Assembly (NCBI GenBank): GCA_022340775.1
Contig: JAJDNH010000087.1
Location: 23,440-87,439 of the forward strand
Length of the DNA stretch: 64,000 nucleotides
DNA from: Acidobacteriota bacterium
GTDB taxonomy: Bacteria; Acidobacteriota; Thermoanaerobaculia; Thermoanaerobaculales; Sulfomarinibacteraceae
Direction of reading: 5' to 3'
Below, piece after piece: positions 57,788 to 64,000 of the stretch. Positions within the stretch are counted from its first letter, which is position 1, and each line of letters opens with the position of its first letter. Both the position numbers and the translations under genes were made by a program. The notes under the pieces are model-generated. The model ran no database searches. It saw only the letters and a list, made by a program, of their open reading frames with translations, and had not been told where the DNA came from.

Positions 57788-58866
57788 GCATTCACCAGCC
57801 GGTGGCGCCAGACTGAGACCACCATCCCAAGCGCCATGCAGGTTGTCAGCAGGGAAGACCCCCCATAGCTCATGAGGGGCAGGGTAATGCCGGTGGTCGG
57901 CAGCCAGCCGACAACCATTCCGAGGTTGACCACGATTTGGAAGCCGAGCCAGGAGACGATCAGCGTGGCCAAAACGACGCCGAACCGTTCCCCCGCCTCC
58001 GCGGCCGTGGCGCCCACCCGCCACAGGAGAAGGCCGTACGCAAGGAGCAGTGCCGTGGTGCCGAGGAACCCCGTTCCCTCTGCCCAGGCGGCGAAGACGA
58101 AGTCGGTGTGCTGCGCGGGCAGGAAGCGGAGCGCCGACTGGCTTCCCCTCCCGAGCCCTTGCCCGAGTAGGCGCCCCGAGCCAATGGCGATCTTCGACTG
58201 CCTGACCTGATAGCCGGACCCATAAGGGTCGCGCTCCGGCTGAACGATGGTCAGGATGCGGTCCTTCTGGTAAGGCTTCAGACCCCACATCCACGTCGCC
58301 CCGGCCCCGAGAACAGCAACCAGGCCGAGTACGACCCACACCTGTGGCCGAAGGCCTCCGATCCACAGGGCTGCTCCGATGAGTGGAAGGTAGGTGAGCG
58401 CCACCCCGAGGTCCGGCTCCAACAGGATCAGGACGACGGGAGCGCCGACGATTGCTACCAGCACGGGAAGATCCAGCAGCTGGAGTCGGTTGCGGCCGCT
58501 GCGAGCGAACCACGCAGCGAGCATCAGCGCCGTGCCGAGACGCGCGACCTCGCTTGGCTGGAACGAGACCGGACCGAACGAGAACCACCCGCGGGTCCCG
58601 CTCCGCGTCTGACCGATAAGCAGAACTGCGGCCAGCAGCAGCAGTGACAGCGCATAAGCCATCGGTGCGAAGCGCTGCAGAGCCGAGGCCCGGAGCTGGC
58701 CAACCAGCCACAGGGCCGCCAACCCGGCCCCACCCCAGATCGTCTGTCTCAGCAGGAGCCTGTGACCGACGATCGGATCGACAGCTCCGAGGACCGACAG
58801 CGACGCACCGAGTATGGCGAGAACGGCCAGCAGCAGCCATGGGTCGATGCGGTGCTCCACGGCCAT
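57784..58866 (-). CDS. rodA: Rod shape-determining protein RodA (SEDS family)
   Basis: Start trimmed to ATG 58866 (MAVEHRIDPWLLLAVLAILGASL). About 10 TM helices. ...KIAIGSGRLLGQGLGRGSQ...LPAQHTDFVFA...GITLPLMSYGGSS. Confidence 0.92.
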   Translation of the reverse strand: MAVEHRIDPWLLLAVLAILGASLSVLGAVDPIVGHRLLLRQTIWGGAGLAALWLVGQLRASALQRFAPMAYALSLLLLAAVLLIGQTRSGTRGWFSFGPVSFQPSEVARLGTALMLAAWFARSGRNRLQLLDLPVLVAIVGAPVVLILLEPDLGVALTYLPLIGAALWIGGLRPQVWVVLGLVAVLGAGATWMWGLKPYQKDRILTIVQPERDPYGSGYQVRQSKIAIGSGRLLGQGLGRGSQSALRFLPAQHTDFVFAAWAEGTGFLGTTALLLAYGLLLWRVGATAAEAGERFGVVLATLIVSWLGFQIVVNLGMVVGWLPTTGITLPLMSYGGSSLLTTCMALGMVVSVWRHRLVNA

Positions 58867-58870
58867 CAGT

Positions 58871-60673
58871 CTACCTTGAAGAGGCGACGACGGACTTCTC
58901 GCCCATCGGTGTGTCGCCGGTCTCGGCGAGGGCCGCCCTGAGAACCGCAGCAACAACCGGTGCCGCGGTCGCTGATCCGCCCCCTCCGTGCTCCACGACG
59001 GCAGCAACCACGAGCCGCGGGTCCTGCAGAGGCGCCCAGCCGACGAACAGGGCATGGTGACGGAACCTCTCCTCGAGCTCATCGGGCTTGGTGTCGTCAC
59101 GGAGCCGGATCACCTGGGCCGTGCCCGTCTTGCCGGCGATAGGCAACGCCGCCAAGGATCGGGCGGTGCCGTCGCTGCCGTGCACGACATCCCACAGTCC
59201 CTTACGAACCGTCGCCAGGTCTTGAGGATCGAGCCCGAGGTCGTCGACCTGTGGTGGTTGAGCCCGTTCGACCAGGTGAGGCTGGACGCGGTGGCCGCCG
59301 TTGGCGAGTTCGGCGTATGCGACCGCCAGCTGCAGGGGTGTCACCAGCAGAGGGCCCTGGCCGATGGAAACCGACACCGTCGTTCCTGGGTACCACGGGC
59401 GGTGCCGCACCCGCTGCGCCCATTCGGGAGTGCCAACCAGGCCGGGTTGCTCGGCCGGGAAACCGAGCCCGGTCCGTGAGCCGAAACCGAAACGTTGGAG
59501 CCAGCGGGCGATCTGGTCAATTCCGAGCCGCTGGCCGAGAAGGTAGAAGTAGGAGTCACACGAGACCTCCAGGGCTCGAGTCATGTCAACACGCCCGTGT
59601 CCCCCTCGCCTCCAGCAGTGGAAAGTGTGACCGAACAGAACCACCGAGCCGGAGCAGTAGATGGAGGTTGTGGGACGGATGAGACCGTCCTCGAGCGCGG
59701 CCAGTGCGAGAAACGGCTTGATAGTGGAGGCCGGTGGGTAGACTCCCTGAATACACCTATCTTGAAGGGGGTGCTCGGGGTCGTCGCGAATCTGCGCCCA
59801 GCTTTGTGGGGTCAGCCTGGCAGTGAACAGGTTGGAGTCGAAGGACGGCGCGGAATAGAGGACGCGGACGGCGCCGCTGTGCGGATCCAGTGCGACGACG
59901 GCGCCGCTGTGTCTGGACAGCGCATTCGCCGCAACCCGCTGCAGTCTCAGATCCACGGTCAGCGTAATGTCGTGGCCGTCCTGGGGAGGTGACTCGCCCA
60001 CCACGCCGAGACGCTGCCCGATAGCCGAGACGACCACCTGGCGCCTTCCTCCCCGACCGCCGACGAAGTCCTCCATCATCTCCTCGGCGCCGGTTGCTCC
60101 GACCAGAGTGTCGGGGTTGGCGTCGTCTCGCGTGGCCAGCTCCCGCTCGGTCAGAAGCCGCAGGTGCCCTACCACGTGGGCGGCAAGCTCGGAGTTGGGG
60201 TAGTGGCGGCGGAACCCACTCACCACGGCGAGCTCGGGGTGGTCGCTCTGGTGGGCACGCACGCGCGCGACCTGGTCCCAGGTCAGGTTCTCAGCCACGA
60301 GCACGGGCGCCAGGGAGCTATGAGCCCTCTGCTGGAGGCGCTGGCAGAGGTCGCGGGCGCTGGCGATGCCGGAGCGGGCGAGGAAGAGAGCAGTGACGTC
60401 CAGGTGACGGGCCTCATCTGGGAACAGGAGCAGATCAAAGGATGGCGTGTTGGTGGCCAGGACCAGCCCGTTGCGGTCGTAGATTCGGCCGCGGCGGGCG
60501 GCGATCGGGACGCTGCGGAGGCGGTTGTTCTCTGCCATGGCGCGCCAGAAGGATCCGTGCAGAACCTCGAGGTCGGCAACCCGGATGTGGATCACACCGA
60601 TGAGGAGGATCAGCGCCACCACCATCCATGAGGAGCGGTATCGGAGTGGGGAGATGTCCTCGTGGATCTGCAT
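58871..60673 (-). CDS. mrdA: Penicillin-binding protein 2 (elongasome transpeptidase)
   Basis: 600 aa. N-terminal TM helix. ...RRGRIYDRNGLVLATN..., SxxK (PASTIKP), and KTG (AGKTGTAQV). Lies between mreD and rodA. Confidence 0.93.
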   Translation of the reverse strand: MQIHEDISPLRYRSSWMVVALILLIGVIHIRVADLEVLHGSFWRAMAENNRLRSVPIAARRGRIYDRNGLVLATNTPSFDLLLFPDEARHLDVTALFLARSGIASARDLCQRLQQRAHSSLAPVLVAENLTWDQVARVRAHQSDHPELAVVSGFRRHYPNSELAAHVVGHLRLLTERELATRDDANPDTLVGATGAEEMMEDFVGGRGGRRQVVVSAIGQRLGVVGESPPQDGHDITLTVDLRLQRVAANALSRHSGAVVALDPHSGAVRVLYSAPSFDSNLFTARLTPQSWAQIRDDPEHPLQDRCIQGVYPPASTIKPFLALAALEDGLIRPTTSIYCSGSVVLFGHTFHCWRRGGHGRVDMTRALEVSCDSYFYLLGQRLGIDQIARWLQRFGFGSRTGLGFPAEQPGLVGTPEWAQRVRHRPWYPGTTVSVSIGQGPLLVTPLQLAVAYAELANGGHRVQPHLVERAQPPQVDDLGLDPQDLATVRKGLWDVVHGSDGTARSLAALPIAGKTGTAQVIRLRDDTKPDELEERFRHHALFVGWAPLQDPRLVVAAVVEHGGGGSATAAPVVAAVLRAALAETGDTPMGEKSVVASSR

Positions 60674-60674
60674 G

Positions 60675-61169
60675 TCAGTGCAGCCGTTGCCGCCGGTAGC
60701 GTGCCCACCGTGCCGTCAGATCTAGGGTTAGCGACCACCCGACGATACCGCACCAGAGGCCAGTCAGGGTCATGCTGACGGCGAGCCAGCTCCAGCGGAC
60801 GGGAGCAGCCTCACCCAGCGGCAGGAGGGCTAGCCAGCGGACAAGATGGACGCTGGCGGCGGCCAGTGCTCCGAGTGCGGCCCACATGCGGGGCGACCGG
60901 TCGGCGACCCATGAGGCGGTCCACGCCAGGAGCACGGCGGTAGCGCTCCAGGCAATGGCCCCGGGGCCCAACACCGGCTCCATGACGATGTCCCAAACGG
61001 CTCCGACGCCCAGACCAACGAACAGCGGGCTGGGACGTTCCGTACCTGTGGCAACGGCGACCAGCCAAACCGCCGGGAGCAAGAGGCCGGTGCCCCAGGC
61101 TGGCAGGCCGGGCAGGCCGAGCAGACGCTGGGCAACGAACGTGACGATGAAGAGTAGCGCCCACCTCAT
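60675..61169 (-). CDS. mreD: Rod shape-determining protein MreD
   Basis: Start trimmed to ATG 61169, a TGATG junction with mreC. About 164 aa, very hydrophobic with 4-5 TM helices. Conserved position. Confidence 0.8.
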   Translation of the reverse strand: MRWALLFIVTFVAQRLLGLPGLPAWGTGLLLPAVWLVAVATGTERPSPLFVGLGVGAVWDIVMEPVLGPGAIAWSATAVLLAWTASWVADRSPRMWAALGALAAASVHLVRWLALLPLGEAAPVRWSWLAVSMTLTGLWCGIVGWSLTLDLTARWARYRRQRLH

Positions 61170-61990
61170 CAACGCGTCTCCGCGCTGCCGTGGGTATGCC
61201 ACGAGGTGACCACCATCACCAGGTCCAGTGCGTCCAGGGTTACGACGGCCCGTGCTCGGACCTCGAGAAACGGCCCGGCTGACTCACGAACAGAGGAGAC
61301 TCGGGCGACCGGAATCCCGGGCGGGTAGACGCCGTCCGCGCCGCTGCTGACGAGCTCAGTGTCGAGGAGGACATGAGCGCGGCTGGGTACGTATTCTAGA
61401 TGCAGCTCGCCGCTGCCGGTGCCGACGAGGAGACCGGGAAGCCCACCAGGCGCGGTGCGCACCGCAATGGCACTTCCAGGGCGGATCACCAGCTCAACCC
61501 ATGACACGGACTCACTGACGCGCACGATCCGGCCGACGAGGCCGGTGGCGGAGAGCACCGGCATGTCGCGTCCCAGTCCGCTCCGGGTGCCCGCGGAGAT
61601 CTCCATCAGCCCGGTGCCGAGGTTGCGGTACGTGCACGGCACGACGACGCACCCCCGGGCGAGGCTTGGGATGTCGCTGGCGATTGTGAGAGCGCCGCGC
61701 AGGGAGGCCACGTCACGCTCCAGCAGTTGCTGCCGCATCGTCGCTTCCTCGAGCTTGCGCTGCAGAAGGGCGTTCTCGCCGATCAGTCGGGAGGTGTCGC
61801 GGATTCCCCACGACAGGTCAACAGCGCACCGGTACACCGCACCTGCGGCGGCTGTGAAGGGGCGCGCCAGCGTGTGGACCCAGACGAACACCAGGGGCTC
61901 TCGGTCGCGCTGAACCTGTGCTGCGGCGACCAGCTCGAGGAGGAGCCAGATCAGAGCCGCCTGGACAACGCGTCGTCGATTGTGGAGCAC
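61169..61990 (-). CDS. mreC: Rod shape-determining protein MreC
   Basis: 273 aa, GTG start. N-terminal TM helix, then a coiled coil (...LLQRKLEEATMRQQLLERDVASLR), then beta-rich domains (...GLVGRIVRVSESVSWVELV...). Confidence 0.88.
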   Translation of the reverse strand: MLHNRRRVVQAALIWLLLELVAAAQVQRDREPLVFVWVHTLARPFTAAAGAVYRCAVDLSWGIRDTSRLIGENALLQRKLEEATMRQQLLERDVASLRGALTIASDIPSLARGCVVVPCTYRNLGTGLMEISAGTRSGLGRDMPVLSATGLVGRIVRVSESVSWVELVIRPGSAIAVRTAPGGLPGLLVGTGSGELHLEYVPSRAHVLLDTELVSSGADGVYPPGIPVARVSSVRESAGPFLEVRARAVVTLDALDLVMVVTSWHTHGSAETR

Positions 61991-61996
61991 CGGACC

Positions 61997-63022
61997 CTAG
62001 GAAATGGCGATCTTACGCAGGAGATCGATGTCGGTGAGCATCATGCCGGTACCACGTACCACCGCCGATCCGGGGTCCTCCGTGTACGCCACTGGCAGTC
62101 CGGTCTCCTCGCGCAAACGTTTGTCGAGGTTCTTGAGAAGCGAACCACCACCAGCCAGAATGATGCCCTTGTCCATGATGTCCGCGGAGAGCTCGGGCGG
62201 AGTTCGCTCGAGCGCGTTGCGGACGGCGTCAACAATCGTCACGATGATCTCCGCGAGGGCCTCGCGGATCTCCTCATCGGTGACGGTGAGGGTCTTTGGA
62301 ACTCCCTCGACGAGGTCGCGACCCTTGATCTCCATCGTCAGCGGCTCGTCGAGAGGGTACGCCGAGCCGATTTCCATCTTGATCTGCTCTGCTGAGCGCT
62401 CGCCAACAAGCAGGTTGTACTTCTTCTTGATGTACTGAATGATCGCCTCGTCCATGCTGTTCCCGGCCACACGCACTGACCGGGAGTAGACCACACCCGC
62501 CAGCGAGATCACCGCGACATCGCTGGTACCGCCACCGATGTCGACGATCATGTTGCCCGATGGCTCCGTGATTGGCAGGCCAGCGCCGATCGACGCTGCC
62601 ATCGCCTGTTCGATCAGGTAGACCTCACTGGCACCGGCCTTGAGGGCGGTGTCCTTGACGGCCCGCTTCTCGACCTGTGTGATCTCGGAGGGTACGGAGA
62701 TGACGATCCGGGGCCGTACGAAGAACGAACGTCCGTGTGCCTTCCTGATGAAGTAGTCGAGCATCCGCTCGGTGACCTCGAAGTCGGCAATGACGCCGTC
62801 CTTCATCGGTCTGATCGCCTGAATGTTGCTCGGCGTCTTACCGAGCATTTCCTTGGCCTTGCTGCCAACGGCCTCGACTCGATTGGTCACGCGGTTGACA
62901 GCCACGATTGACGGCTCGACAACGACGATCCCACGGCCGCGAACGTACACCAGCGTCGTTGCGGTCCCGAGATCGATCGCGAGATCGGACGAAAAGAACC
63001 CCAGCAAGCTGGAGAAACGCAT
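61997..63022 (-). CDS. mreB: Rod shape-determining protein MreB (actin homologue)
   Basis: ATG 63022 (MRFSSLLGFFSSDLAIDLGTATTLVYV...). DIGGGTSDVAV, ...GIILAGGGSLL. The ORF-track start at 63025 is a TTG one codon upstream. Confidence 0.97.
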   Translation of the reverse strand: MRFSSLLGFFSSDLAIDLGTATTLVYVRGRGIVVVEPSIVAVNRVTNRVEAVGSKAKEMLGKTPSNIQAIRPMKDGVIADFEVTERMLDYFIRKAHGRSFFVRPRIVISVPSEITQVEKRAVKDTALKAGASEVYLIEQAMAASIGAGLPITEPSGNMIVDIGGGTSDVAVISLAGVVYSRSVRVAGNSMDEAIIQYIKKKYNLLVGERSAEQIKMEIGSAYPLDEPLTMEIKGRDLVEGVPKTLTVTDEEIREALAEIIVTIVDAVRNALERTPPELSADIMDKGIILAGGGSLLKNLDKRLREETGLPVAYTEDPGSAVVRGTGMMLTDIDLLRKIAIS

Positions 63023-64000
63023 CAATAGACCTCCACGTAGACGCGTTGGCGCCGCTCGGTGCGGTTACCGGCCGGATCGACTGCCGCGATGACCAGATCG
63101 TTCCACCCGTCGTGGGGCACCTCGACGGCCTTGCGGAAATGGCCGTCCGCATCGACGTTTACTTCCTCGTCGTTGATAGTGACGGTTGCACCGACCTCGG
63201 TCCTGCCCTCGACGATGAACAGCTGGCCCATCTGCCGTGCCGGCTGAACCTCAAGCTCGGGCGGTGTCCGATCCTCCATCGGCAGCCGTTGGTGAGGCGA
63301 TAAAATCCTGAACCGACGCACACCGCTCCACTCCGACCGTGTACCGGTGGTGTCGACCACGGCCACACGCCAGAAGTAGGTCCCGGGTGAGATGACCTTC
63401 AGCTTCGCCTGGCTGTGGGAGAGCCCCGGGGCATCGACTTCCATCGTGCTGCCCAAGAAGCGCGGCGAGTGGCTGACCTGCAAATGTGACGTGACCGCCG
63501 CGGCGGGCGGCTGCCACGTCAACGAGATATCCGGGTTCGCAGCCATGTCGATGGTGGCGTTGTCACTGGGTTCGAGGGGCCGCGGCGGTTCCGGGATGTT
63601 CCCCTTGTCGGTGAGGGCTCCTTCAGCAGACACCGCCACGCGCTCGCGCGAATGTAGCTGAACTTCGTTGCCACCGCTGCCGCGGACGTCGGCCGCACCC
63701 GCGTACGCGGCGACGATAGCGGAGCGCTCCTTCTTCACGTCCACCGCCACGCGACTGTCGCGGGCCACGCGGGCCTCAAGGGTGTCGGTCGCAACCGTGG
63801 AAGGATGGGTTGAGGTGTAGACGTTGATGTGCCCGACGACCATCTTGACGCGTCCGGGGGCGGCGCGCGCGGGCCGGTGGTGAATCTCCAGCAGTGAGTC
63901 GGGCGAGATTCGGTACAAGGTCCCGTCGGCGAATAGAATCTCGGCCGTGCCATCGTCTCCCGTTCGCACGAAATCCCCGTTGAAGACCGGCATTTTGAGC
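63022..64000 (-). CDS. FecR-domain protein with C-terminal Ig/FN3-like domains (5' end outside window)
   Basis: The frame is open to the window edge. ...NGDFVRTGDDGTAEILFADGTLYRISPDSLLEI is the FecR sensor-domain signature. Then ...ISPGTYFWRVAVVDTTGTRSEWSGVRRFRI (YYWRV-type beta-sandwich) and a final Ig-like domain. Its TGA shares a base with the mreB ATG (TGATG). Confidence 0.65.
   Translation of the reverse strand, partial: LKMPVFNGDFVRTGDDGTAEILFADGTLYRISPDSLLEIHHRPARAAPGRVKMVVGHINVYTSTHPSTVATDTLEARVARDSRVAVDVKKERSAIVAAYAGAADVRGSGGNEVQLHSRERVAVSAEGALTDKGNIPEPPRPLEPSDNATIDMAANPDISLTWQPPAAAVTSHLQVSHSPRFLGSTMEVDAPGLSHSQAKLKVISPGTYFWRVAVVDTTGTRSEWSGVRRFRILSPHQRLPMEDRTPPELEVQPARQMGQLFIVEGRTEVGATVTINDEEVNVDADGHFRKAVEVPHDGWNDLVIAAVDPAGNRTERRQRVYVEVY

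Noticed and set aside
57788-58840. Upstream 350 codons of the 847-aa ORF-track entry for the RNase G frame
   Set aside because: This part overlaps rodA in another frame and is Arg/Gly/Pro-rich. The S1 domain begins right after ATG 57787, which forms an ATGA junction with the rodA stop.

Overview
High-GC bacterial chromosome segment (about two-thirds G+C by eye, not computed) covering the replication-origin neighbourhood. Gene density is high, and many neighbouring genes share ATGA or TGATG stop/start overlaps. Phylum cannot be assigned from sequence alone.

Left to right:
- A divergent pair of glycosyltransferases.
- A phosphate-regulon block: porin, phoU, phoB-like regulator and phoR-like kinase, with an 11-bp periodic direct-repeat array upstream of the porin.
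- A translationally coupled minus-strand chain: pdxS, pdxT, enoyl-CoA hydratase and a hypothetical gene.
- The origin core. On the minus strand: dnaA, dnaN, recF, gyrB, gyrA and a CPBP protease. Diverging on the plus strand: rpmH, rnpA, yidD, yidC, jag, mnmE, mnmG, rsmG, parA, parB and a bactofilin.
- A partial F1Fo operon (b', b, delta, alpha, gamma, beta, epsilon) with no a or c subunit genes.
- An IS630-family element inserted in the TA of the atpC stop codon.
- An NSS transporter, tRNA-Pro, lexA, cutA and a cyclophilin.
- An RsbW/RsbV-like pair followed by a CrtE-like prenyl synthase and a membrane alkaline-phosphatase-superfamily protein.
- An ECF sigma/anti-sigma pair, an LMW phosphatase and a tryptophanase.
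- tRNA-Lys and tRNA-Leu, then tig, clpP, clpX, lon, engB, rho and a futalosine-pathway radical SAM gene.
- A minus-strand cell-shape operon: a FecR-like gene, mreB, mreC, mreD, mrdA, rodA and rng.

No rRNA genes or CRISPR array were seen.

Most of the window is core genome and I cannot point to a clear novel defence-type system. The regions most worth follow-up are:
- a 744-bp unassigned, repeat-containing convergent gap (55553-56296);
- the orphan partner-switching / prenyl-synthase / AlkP cluster (38556-41944);
- the strong inverted repeat between the phosphatase and tnaA (44280-44321);
- the GC3 trough inside parB (27019-27115);
- the IS insertion geometry at atpC (33744-34998).

The many long ORFs antisense to real genes are treated as high-GC artefacts.
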